Shown: positions 54,479-62,971 of the stretch, one piece after another
How the letters are laid out: the number at the start of each line of letters is the position of its first letter
How positions within the stretch are numbered: the stretch's first letter is position 1
Assembly: GCA_965203355.1 (NCBI GenBank)
Contig: OZ241889.1
Location: forward strand, 800,001 to 864,000
Reading direction: 5' to 3'
Source of the DNA: Candidatus Latescibacterota bacterium
Lineage (GTDB): Bacteria; Latescibacterota; UBA2968; UBA8231
Length of the DNA: 64,000 nt
Notes under the pieces: generated by a model
Seen by the model: only the letters and a program-made list of their open reading frames with translations
What the model was told of the DNA's origin: nothing
Databases searched by the model: none
Made by a program: the position numbers and the translations under genes

Positions 54479-55306
54479 ATGTCCCATCCGATTTTCGATC
54501 TGTCCAACCGCGTCGCCTTGGTCTCTGGTGCGGCTAGCGGCCTCGGCAAAGCCATGGCCACCGGCTTTGCCGAAGCCGGAGCTGACCTCGTTTTGGCCGA
54601 CATCAACGCCGACGGTTTGGCCACGGTGGCCCGCGAAATGGAAGCCTTGAATCGCCGCGTCCTGCCGGTGACGTGCGACATGTCGCAACCCGATCAGATT
54701 CGCACCATGTTTGCATTAATCGATACAGAATACGGACGCATCGACATCGTCGGCAATGTCGCCGGCAATGCGCGGCGCAACACCCCGCTCGACCTGACGC
54801 CCGAGGAGGTCGAGTTTACCCTGCAAAATCTCGTCGTCGGTCGCTTGGTCTGTTGCCAAGAAGCAGGTCGGCGCATGATGGCTTCGGGCCATGGCGGCAG
54901 CATCATCAACCTCGTGTCGATCGCCGGCATCAACGCGCTCGGTCGCAGTCACCTCTCGTACAGCATGGGCATGGGTGCGGCCGCGCAGATGACCCGCGAG
55001 CTGAGCACGGAGTGGGCCGCCAAGGGCGTGCGCGTCAACGCCATTGTCTGCGCTCAGCTAATGAACGCCGACCTAAAGGAACGCATCGCCGCGGATCCCG
55101 CACTGGGCGAAACCTATTTGCGCGGCCTCCCTATGGGCCGCCTCGGCGATTCCAACGACATCAAGGGCGCGGCGATTTTCCTCGCCTCGGACGCTTCGGC
55201 TTGGATCACCGGTGCCATGCTGCCGCTAGATGGCGGCAACCTCGCCAAGAACGCCGGCGGCTCGCATCCGGGCATGCCCAATGCGCCCACCGAACAGATC
55301 GTCTAG
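54479..55306 (+). CDS. SDR-family oxidoreductase
   Basis: SGAASGLG, GRIDI, G.IIN..S, TRELS.EWA..GVRVNAI, FLASD...ITG....DGG; RBS AGGAGG. Confidence 0.9.
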   Translation: MSHPIFDLSNRVALVSGAASGLGKAMATGFAEAGADLVLADINADGLATVAREMEALNRRVLPVTCDMSQPDQIRTMFALIDTEYGRIDIVGNVAGNARRNTPLDLTPEEVEFTLQNLVVGRLVCCQEAGRRMMASGHGGSIINLVSIAGINALGRSHLSYSMGMGAAAQMTRELSTEWAAKGVRVNAIVCAQLMNADLKERIAADPALGETYLRGLPMGRLGDSNDIKGAAIFLASDASAWITGAMLPLDGGNLAKNAGGSHPGMPNAPTEQIV

Positions 55307-55311
55307 GCCGT

Positions 55312-55375
55312 TTACGCTCCCAACACTTCCCAGGCCACTCTGAGGATGTTGCCGCCGAGGATTTTGCGGATGTTT
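55312..55375 (-). pseudogene. 3' remnant of a membrane dipeptidase/amidohydrolase gene
   Basis: Minus frame ends NIRKILGGNILRVAWEVLGA*, resembling the M19 dipeptidase C-terminal motif; no upstream body is present. Confidence 0.45.
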
Positions 55376-55624
55376 TGGGAGCATTTCATTTTGCTTTTTA
55401 TTAGAGCGGAAGGATAAGACATGACAGAAAAACGATACGAAGCCGATTTTCCGTGTGCCGAGGACATCCTCGACCAAACCGCAAAGTGGTACGGCGCGGC
55501 CTTTGCTACTACTTCCACCAGCCGGTTGAAAACGCTGGATAGCGATTGTTGCGACTAATCGAGAATACGCCGCGCAAATTGAACAGGTAGAGGCCCTCGT
55601 TCACAACACATGAGGAGGAGAAAA

Positions 55625-57523
55625 ATGGTAAGAGTCGAAGGGAACATACCGTTTGTCGAGCCGCCCCAATGGGCCGTTCTCGAACGCAGCTTAATCGACC
55701 TGATGGACGCCTCCGTCCATCCGCTCATGGAGCGCTACGTGCGCCCGGATGGCTCGGTGCTGTGGCCAACCACAGACGATTTCAGCAGCATTGACGGCCT
55801 TGATGACGCGTACGAGAGCTTCCACAACTGGCCGCTCTTTTACTTGATGGGTGGCGGCGCGCACGTGCTCGAATATTCCCACCGCACTTGGGAGGGCATC
55901 ACCCGACAATTCGCTCGGTACGACACCGGCCACGGCCACCCCATGGTCGTCAAAGAATACGAGCAAGGCTACGACTGGATGCACCAAGGCGAGGGGTACT
56001 TGTTTTTTTATCTGCTATGTCTCGCCGACCCAACGCACCAAAAGAACGTCGAGCGCGCCAAGCGCTATGCGGGATTTTATCTCAACGAAGACCCCCAAGC
56101 CCCTAATTACGACGCCGAGAAAAAGCTCATCCGCTGCGCCCACAACGGCAGTATGGGACCAGCGCACCGCAATTTTGCCAAACACTACACGGTCTATCGC
56201 TACGCTCAGTGGAAACCTTGGCCCTTGCCCTTTCACGACATTCCCGGCATTGAGACGGTCGAGGATTTGCAAAAGCCGGGCATGGAAGAGAAGATGGGCC
56301 AAACCCTCGTCGAGCGCATGAGTCGCGGCGACGTGGCCTGTAACCTCGCCGCGACTAGCATGGTGACCAACGCCTATCTGTGCAGCGGCGACGATAAGTA
56401 CCGAGCTTGGGTTGAGGAATACACCAACGCGTGGATCGAGCGCACCCGGCAAAACAACGGCATCCTGCCCGACAACGTCGGCCTTTCGGGGCAGATCGGC
56501 GAATATATGAACGGCAAGTGGTACGGCGGCTACTACGGCTGGACGTGGCCACACGGCTGGCACCATTTGAGCGACGCCTGCATTGCGGCCGCGGAAAACG
56601 CGGCTTTGCTCTCTGGCGACTTGCGCTACCTGGACTTTCCGCGCTCGCAGATCGACGTGCTGATGCAGCAGGGGGAAAGGCGGGGGCAGACGCTGTTTGC
56701 GCCGCACTTCTACCACGACAAAGGCTGGGACGGGTACAGCCCCATGCAAGCTCATCCCACGACGCATCTCTGGTGCATGAGCATGCAGCAAGAGGACCTG
56801 GCGCGGCTCAAACAGCAGCGCAACCACGACAGCGATAACTGGCGGCAGGTAAGCTCGCACTTTTCCAAGCACGGCGGTGGCCACGAGGCCGCTTGGACCG
56901 CGTATCTCGAAGGCGAATACCCAGAGTACCCGGTGGACATCCTGCGGCACAATCACGCGCAAGTACATCAGCGCTTGGCCTTCATGCGCGACGACCAGCA
57001 AGACCCCGCTACGTATGGCGACTGGTACCTGCAAGTGCGCAATCCCATCACGGTCGAGGGTTTGGTGCAACTGACGATGGGTGCGCCGCTCTTCATGTAC
57101 AACGGCGGCCTGCTCATGGCCCGCCTGCGCTATTTCGATCCGCAACGCCGCCGGCCAGGCTTGCCGCTAGACGTGGCCGCCTTGGTGGAATCGCTGGCAG
57201 ACGAGCGAGCCGTTCTGCACTTGGTCAATCTGCATCCGACGGAAGAGCGGGAGGTTTTGCTCCAGGCCGGTGCTTTTGGCGAGCACAACTTCACCCGCGT
57301 GGCCTATCAGCAGCGTCGGCCCATCTCGGCTGAAGAAGCCGGTGCTGGGCACACGCACGCCGATCACTATCAGCAGATCGTGCAGGAGCAGTTAGAGGAC
57401 AAAACGGCCACCGTGCAGGGCGGCCATTTCACTGTCTGCCTTCAGCCTGGGTCGGCGATTCGGCTCGACTTGGGGATGGAGCGTTTCGTCAATAAGCCCT
57501 CGTACGGCCTGCCGTGGAATTGA
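55625..57523 (+). CDS. Conserved hypothetical protein, aromatic-rich, putative (alpha/alpha)-toroid enzyme
   Basis: RBS GAGGAGG; motifs DDAYESFHNWPLFY, YDWMHQGEG, DNVGLSG, KWYGGYYGW.WPHG, RPGLP.DVAALV, QAGAFGEH.F. Confidence 0.8.
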   Translation: MVRVEGNIPFVEPPQWAVLERSLIDLMDASVHPLMERYVRPDGSVLWPTTDDFSSIDGLDDAYESFHNWPLFYLMGGGAHVLEYSHRTWEGITRQFARYDTGHGHPMVVKEYEQGYDWMHQGEGYLFFYLLCLADPTHQKNVERAKRYAGFYLNEDPQAPNYDAEKKLIRCAHNGSMGPAHRNFAKHYTVYRYAQWKPWPLPFHDIPGIETVEDLQKPGMEEKMGQTLVERMSRGDVACNLAATSMVTNAYLCSGDDKYRAWVEEYTNAWIERTRQNNGILPDNVGLSGQIGEYMNGKWYGGYYGWTWPHGWHHLSDACIAAAENAALLSGDLRYLDFPRSQIDVLMQQGERRGQTLFAPHFYHDKGWDGYSPMQAHPTTHLWCMSMQQEDLARLKQQRNHDSDNWRQVSSHFSKHGGGHEAAWTAYLEGEYPEYPVDILRHNHAQVHQRLAFMRDDQQDPATYGDWYLQVRNPITVEGLVQLTMGAPLFMYNGGLLMARLRYFDPQRRRPGLPLDVAALVESLADERAVLHLVNLHPTEEREVLLQAGAFGEHNFTRVAYQQRRPISAEEAGAGHTHADHYQQIVQEQLEDKTATVQGGHFTVCLQPGSAIRLDLGMERFVNKPSYGLPWN

Positions 57524-57576
57524 GAATGGACACAGATATGGGATGATTTGCTTGCGCCCGCACCAAAGATGCGATG

Positions 57577-57632
57577 TTTTTACGGTTGTTCCGTACATTT
57601 TCGTTGTTTTTTTACGGTTGTTCCGTACATTT
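57577..57632. promoter_or_regulatory. Two identical 24-bp direct repeats, each containing the palindrome TACGG-N5-CCGTA (putative operators)
   Basis: TTTTTACGGTTGTTCCGTACATTT at 57577-57600 and 57609-57632, directly before ATG 57638. Confidence 0.75.
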
Positions 57633-57637
57633 GCAAT

Positions 57638-58819
57638 ATGCAAAATTCCTCAAGGCAGCGTCTGCTTGAATTGCCCGAGTGCTCCTTTTTTCTTTTTGGT
57701 CCGCGCGGGGTGGGCAAAAGCACTTGGCTGCGCCAAGTCTTGCCCAAGGCCGCCTTCTTTGATTTGCTCGATGCGGCTCTTTATCTACAGTTATCAAGTA
57801 ACCCCCATGACCTAGAGGCACTAGTCGGCGATAGGGTGGCGGATTCGTGGGTCGTACTCGACGAAATCCAGAAAGTACCCGCCCTCTTAGACGAGGTGCA
57901 TCGCCTGCTAGAAACGCGGCGTTGGCGTTTTGCCCTGTGTGGTTCATCGGCACGCACATTGCGGCGCGGCGGCGTCAACCTCCTTGGTGGACGTGCGTTG
58001 ACTCGCTTTATGGCTCCGTTTTCCCGGCCGGAGTTGGGCGCCGATTTTGACGCTGAGTTCTCCCTGCAATGGGGCCTTTTGCCTCTCGTGCAAGCGGACC
58101 GACGGTACACCGCCGACCTGCTACAGGCTTACGTTCACACGTATATAAAGGAAGAAATCAGCGAGGAGGGTTTGGTGCGCCGGCTACCCCCTTTTCTCCG
58201 CTTTCTAGAAGTCGCTGGTCTACTTAACGCCCAAGTCGTCAACGGCCTAAACATCGCCCGCGATGCCGCCATTCCGCGCAGCAGTGTTGATGGATATTTC
58301 GCTGTCCTCCAAGATACCTTGCTCGGCCACTTCTTGCCGGCCTACCGCCCTCAGCTCAAAGTGCGGGAAAAGGCTCGGCCTAAATTCTACTGGTTCGACG
58401 CTGGGGTGGCCCGGGCCGCCGCTGGCCTCGCCTATGACCCGCCGGATCGCCTGTGGCTGGGCGCGGCCCTAGAGACTTTGGTCTATCACGAATTGCGCGT
58501 CTATAATCACGTGTACAACAAGCACCGTCCCATCGCCTTTTACCGCACTCCCGCTGGCGCGGAAATCGACTTTGTCATCGAAACGCGCAAACGCACGGTT
58601 TCTTCGCGGCCGCACGTCGTCTGTTTGGAAATCAAGTTGGCGGAAAAGTGGAACCGGAGCTGGGAGCGGTCCATGCGCTCCTTGTACGAGACAGAGGGCA
58701 TTGAGGTGGAGCGCATGATCGGCGTCTATGTTGGCGAGCGAGTCTATCGCTACGACGGCCTAGACGTGTGGCCGCTGGAGGAGTTTTTGCGCCGACTGTA
58801 CGAGGGTGAGGTCTTTTAG
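57638..58819 (+). CDS. AAA_14 ATPase with DUF4143 (PD-(D/E)xK-like) domain
   Basis: GPRGVGKST, LDEIQK, CGSSA, L.GRA, PKFYWFD.G, EIDFVI...EIK. Confidence 0.9.
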   Translation: MQNSSRQRLLELPECSFFLFGPRGVGKSTWLRQVLPKAAFFDLLDAALYLQLSSNPHDLEALVGDRVADSWVVLDEIQKVPALLDEVHRLLETRRWRFALCGSSARTLRRGGVNLLGGRALTRFMAPFSRPELGADFDAEFSLQWGLLPLVQADRRYTADLLQAYVHTYIKEEISEEGLVRRLPPFLRFLEVAGLLNAQVVNGLNIARDAAIPRSSVDGYFAVLQDTLLGHFLPAYRPQLKVREKARPKFYWFDAGVARAAAGLAYDPPDRLWLGAALETLVYHELRVYNHVYNKHRPIAFYRTPAGAEIDFVIETRKRTVSSRPHVVCLEIKLAEKWNRSWERSMRSLYETEGIEVERMIGVYVGERVYRYDGLDVWPLEEFLRRLYEGEVF

Positions 58820-58858
58820 TATCCCAACTGCGTCAGCAAGAAAGCGCCCGCGCTCGCC

Positions 58859-59872
58859 TCAAGCCGCGACGGGCGTGGGCAGTTTTGGTACGTATTCGTA
58901 GTCTGGCTCGGCCTTTTGCCGCTTGAGGATGGTGGCGATCTCCGTCCACGCCTCGTACAGCCCCTGCGGACAGTGCGGCAAGTCGCTTTTGATTGCCGCG
59001 TGTAGTTTGCCGAGCCGGTAGCACGGTACGCCGGCGTACATGTGGTGTTCAATGTGGTAGTTCATGTGCCAGTAGAGGAAGCGGAAAAACGGATTCAAGA
59101 TGACCGTGCGGGTGCAGAGCCGAAAATCCGGCACGTCGTCCTGTAAGCCGATGTGCTGGGTGTTGTTGCACAAAAACAGCAACCAGCCACCGTAGAACGG
59201 AGCCAGCGTAACGAGCACTGGCACCAACCACAGGCCGAAGTACAAGGATACTATCGCGATTAGGCCGTGCCCCACCAGCAAGAAGCGGTCCCAGCGGATG
59301 AGCCGGCGCCGCTTGTCTGGTTCTGACTCGGGGAAGAGTGCCAACTCCCATTCGCCCTCTAATGTACCGCGGGCGCGCCGCCAAGTCGTCTTGTAGCGGC
59401 CGTAAAAGCCCCACGGATTTACAATGGCACTCTTGAGAAAATCCACCAATCGCAAGCGGGTCGGCAGCACCACTTCGAGATCGTCGGGTGGATGCAGAGT
59501 GTATTTGTGGTGCTCGGTGTGACTGGTCCAGAAGTGGATGTGGTTGTACCCGCCGAGAAAGCTGAATACGCGCAGGAAGAAGTAGTTGAGGAACTTGCTT
59601 TTGAAAACCGTGGAGTGACACAATTCGTGAAAGCCGTTGAGCAAAAAGGCGTAGAACGTCCCGTGGAAGAAGAGGATCAGCAGCAACCACGGCAGGGCCA
59701 AGTGCTCGGCCGCGTACCAAGCGGCCGCGCCCGTCGCCGCCAGCAACCCCAGATGCCCCAGCGTTTGCAGTAGCCCCCAAAAGTTGCTGCGCTGATTGAG
59801 CGCGGCGAGCGTCTCGCGCGGCAGGGGACACCGATACCAGTTTATCTTGCGCTGGTTTTTTGTCATTTCCAT
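58859..59872 (-). CDS. Fatty-acid-desaturase-family di-iron membrane enzyme
   Basis: His boxes HELCH, HTEHH and HIEHH; TM segments. Confidence 0.9.
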   Translation of the reverse strand: MEMTKNQRKINWYRCPLPRETLAALNQRSNFWGLLQTLGHLGLLAATGAAAWYAAEHLALPWLLLILFFHGTFYAFLLNGFHELCHSTVFKSKFLNYFFLRVFSFLGGYNHIHFWTSHTEHHKYTLHPPDDLEVVLPTRLRLVDFLKSAIVNPWGFYGRYKTTWRRARGTLEGEWELALFPESEPDKRRRLIRWDRFLLVGHGLIAIVSLYFGLWLVPVLVTLAPFYGGWLLFLCNNTQHIGLQDDVPDFRLCTRTVILNPFFRFLYWHMNYHIEHHMYAGVPCYRLGKLHAAIKSDLPHCPQGLYEAWTEIATILKRQKAEPDYEYVPKLPTPVAA

Positions 59873-59959
59873 TGGCGTATTCTCCTCTAAAAAAGCGAAC
59901 CTTACGGTCGCAATTTTGCGCTAGGCGGGCAAGCTGTATTTGCGACTTACAGGTGCCCT

Positions 59960-60820
59960 TTAGTTCCCCCAGCGATCTGGATTGATGCCCGGTGCGTCGC
60001 GCTGCATACCTTCGGGTTTGTGGACTTGTTTCCACGCCTTGCCGGTGGTGTTGCGGCTTTGGAGAAAAGGTTTGGCCGCGGCCGGCGCGTTTGCCACCCA
60101 TTCCGCGTCCCACTCGTCCATTGGCTGAACGGGCCCGGCCCAAGCCGGCCGGTAGCCAAACTGGATCAGTTCCCGAGGGGCTGAGTCCTTGTTGGGATGG
60201 GTGCCGTGGAAGAGGAGGGCCGGTATCATTACTACCGAACCGGCCTTGGCGCAGAGCGTGATTTCCTGCGGGTGCGAGACATAGCGCACGTACGGATTGG
60301 CTTGGGCGTGGAACGAGAGATGAGAACGCGGGATGAGCCGGAAGGGGGCGCGCTCGGGCGGCAGGTCGTCGAGGTAGTAGAGCACTCGCAAAAGGCGTGG
60401 CGACGAGCCTTCGTAGCCAAAGATCGACGAGCCAAATGGTTGGCCGTCCGTGTGCATTGAAATGCCCGGCGAGCCAGACAGCGTACGCGTAAAAAGCCCG
60501 TGCGTAAACACGATGTCTGGCCCCATCAGCGCTTTGAGGAATTCCGCAATCGGCGGATAGCCGATCAATTCGGCCACTAACCGGCTCGTGCATTGAGGCT
60601 CATGGTGGACGGTTTGGGCTTTGCTGTAGTCCTTGTGCGTCATTGGCAGGTTCTTCAACTCGGCCTTCAGCGCGGCCAGGTGCTCGGCGTTGAGCACCTC
60701 CGGCATGAGCACATAGCCTTCCACTTCGAGATGGCGGATCTGCTGGCTCAGGGAGAACGCGGCAAAATCCGTCTCATCAACCGTCATAAAGCCGATTTCT
60801 TCTTTGGGGTCGGTTTCCAC
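59960..60820 (-). CDS. Phytanoyl-CoA dioxygenase (PhyH)-family Fe/2OG oxygenase
   Basis: EGY, HTD, YYLDD, LIP.SH, AGS, FHG. Confidence 0.85.
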   Translation of the reverse strand: METDPKEEIGFMTVDETDFAAFSLSQQIRHLEVEGYVLMPEVLNAEHLAALKAELKNLPMTHKDYSKAQTVHHEPQCTSRLVAELIGYPPIAEFLKALMGPDIVFTHGLFTRTLSGSPGISMHTDGQPFGSSIFGYEGSSPRLLRVLYYLDDLPPERAPFRLIPRSHLSFHAQANPYVRYVSHPQEITLCAKAGSVVMIPALLFHGTHPNKDSAPRELIQFGYRPAWAGPVQPMDEWDAEWVANAPAAAKPFLQSRNTTGKAWKQVHKPEGMQRDAPGINPDRWGN

Positions 60821-60829
60821 GATGTCCTC

Positions 60830-61492
60830 CTAGGCGCGGGATGCTCGCCACTTGGCGAGGGAAAAGTCGTCTGAATCGTACAGGGCAAAAACTTTCGCTT
60901 CCTGGTCCCGAACTTCGGCGGCCAATTCCAACACTTCCTCGGCATGCTCCAGCGGGATGCGCACACAACCGTCGCTGTCGCCGAAGATCAGGTCTCCCGG
61001 TCGAATCCGCACGGAGCCTACGGTAATCGGCGCGTTGACTCGCGTCGCGTTGAATACGCCGTGCCCTGGCACCGTCCCCCAAGCGAAGATCGGCAGCCCG
61101 ACCCGACGGATTCCCGCCAAGTCGCGCACCGTGCCATCGACAATGGCTCCCACGGCACCTAGCCGCTGGTGTAGCCGCGCCATGCCATCGCCAAAACTGG
61201 CCCCGCGCCCGGGACGCGAATCCACGTCCTTCATCACCGCGAATACAGGTCCCGCCATAGCGTCGATTGCTTCGTAGTACCCTTCCCAAGGGACTGCCGC
61301 CGAGTCCGGGTCGTTGGTCGTTACTTCCGCGGTCACTGCATAGCCGATGACCGGCCCCAATTCCGGCAGCAGATAGCGAATCCGATGGTCGGTGTACTCT
61401 TCGTTGGGCAGGCCGCACTTTAACACGATGGCATTGAAAATCGTCGGCGAGTCGAATCCCTTAAAAGCGTCTAGTATTGCGGGTTTGACCAT
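60830..61492 (-). CDS. RraA/HMG-aldolase-family protein
   Basis: DSPT..NA, GYAVT, FGDGM, DG.VRD, PGDLI.GD.DG. Confidence 0.87.
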   Translation of the reverse strand: MVKPAILDAFKGFDSPTIFNAIVLKCGLPNEEYTDHRIRYLLPELGPVIGYAVTAEVTTNDPDSAAVPWEGYYEAIDAMAGPVFAVMKDVDSRPGRGASFGDGMARLHQRLGAVGAIVDGTVRDLAGIRRVGLPIFAWGTVPGHGVFNATRVNAPITVGSVRIRPGDLIFGDSDGCVRIPLEHAEEVLELAAEVRDQEAKVFALYDSDDFSLAKWRASRA

Positions 61493-61804
61493 AGAAAACT
61501 TGCTCCTTTTTGCAGTGGCGCGATTAACCGCCGATGCCGAACAGAAATGTCGTCTTTGGCCTCGGCGGGCTCCACCAGAGGGAATAGAGCGCATTCGCAG
61601 GGCGGCTGTCAAACCGCTTGGATCGGCAGCGGCGCGTTGGCTCTGGATTGACGCCCGCGCAAGACCTATACTTTGCGCTGTTCCCTGACGCCCGCTTAGC
61701 AAACCGGAGGATTGCATGACTGCATCATTCGTATCAAAAGTTTCCAACTTATCCAACCTTGCCTTGGAACAGGGAGCGGCTTGGACCGCTAACCCGCTGA
61801 ACTG

Positions 61805-62971
61805 ATGAAGTCCCCTCCTATTCCTTCTCCCGATTCATATTGGGAGGCATCAGATCATCATTGGACTGAAGTCGAGGACGAAAAAGTCTTCGATCCGTGG
61901 GAGACCGAAGGCACGACGGGAGCAGACGAGAATACAGTAGCCAATAAAAAAGAAAAGGCATGGAGGGTAGATACGAAGGACGGCGTTCGTGATTCTGTAC
62001 CTGAAGAAGTGAGTCCGTCAAAACCTGATGAGCCACAAGATATACCCGCCAGCGAAGACAAATTCGGACCAGCGAGGATATCCACGGTAGATGAAGTCGT
62101 TCCGATGGAGTCTGAAAACAAGGAAGCTAGGAATGCCCTTGAGAAGGCGACAGATGACATGGTCTGCGCCGATGTCGAGCCAATGGAGTTGGAGGATGAT
62201 GGTAGTTGGCTGGACGACGATCTGCTCTATGAGACAGAGGACGATGGATCTGAAGACAGTGATTCTGACGATTCGATAAACGAAGATTCAGATATCTTCT
62301 TCGACGACATTCCCGAATTTGATGAGAATGCTCGGCAAGTACCATGGGAGATTAAACCTGAAGAAGAGGGCACCCGGCGCGCCCGCGATAAGGCAGCGGA
62401 CATAGCGAGCTTACTCTATTTGACGAGCCGCGATGATCAAGAGAGCACTCTGACCTACTTGATAGATTTGTTTGAGCATCCAGATCATTCTCATTCAAGT
62501 ACCTTTTACGCGATAAAAAGAATAGCATCGCAAGGACTGGATCTTGAAACCCTAAAGGCGATGGTAGAGTTGCGAAGTATTTGGAGACAGCGAACGGACT
62601 GGTGGAAAGGACGTTATAGTTATAGATACAGAGTCAGAAGGCTTGCCAACGGCGCGACGGCTTTTACGTGGGTAGCAGCGCATCGCGTGTGTCTGGAGCG
62701 AAAGGATTACCCCCCAGAAATGATGATCGATGACGATTGGGTCGACGAGTGGCTTATGTTGCCACCTTGGTCCTCCAGTGACTACTACATGAATTTCTCC
62801 TCCTATATAGCAGTGAAAGTCCAAAATCTCGATGCCGAACTTTTGGATTACGGCTTGAGTCAGCCGCAGCAATGTGAGAAAGGTATCGATGTATTTGAAC
62901 GTACTACTGCGACTGCGGCCCACTCGGTTCCAGAGATAGACTTATGGCGAGGGAAAGGAAAACGGCAATGA
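61805..62971 (+). CDS. Hypothetical protein with an acidic disordered N-terminal half
   Basis: 388 aa; D/E-rich N-terminus and Trp-rich helical C-terminal domain; lower GC; stop overlaps the helicase start. Confidence 0.75.
   Translation: MKSPPIPSPDSYWEASDHHWTEVEDEKVFDPWETEGTTGADENTVANKKEKAWRVDTKDGVRDSVPEEVSPSKPDEPQDIPASEDKFGPARISTVDEVVPMESENKEARNALEKATDDMVCADVEPMELEDDGSWLDDDLLYETEDDGSEDSDSDDSINEDSDIFFDDIPEFDENARQVPWEIKPEEEGTRRARDKAADIASLLYLTSRDDQESTLTYLIDLFEHPDHSHSSTFYAIKRIASQGLDLETLKAMVELRSIWRQRTDWWKGRYSYRYRVRRLANGATAFTWVAAHRVCLERKDYPPEMMIDDDWVDEWLMLPPWSSSDYYMNFSSYIAVKVQNLDAELLDYGLSQPQQCEKGIDVFERTTATAAHSVPEIDLWRGKGKRQ

Noticed and set aside
59049-60593. 514-aa overlapping ORF
   Set aside because: Off-frame shadow of the desaturase and PhyH genes, with no motifs.
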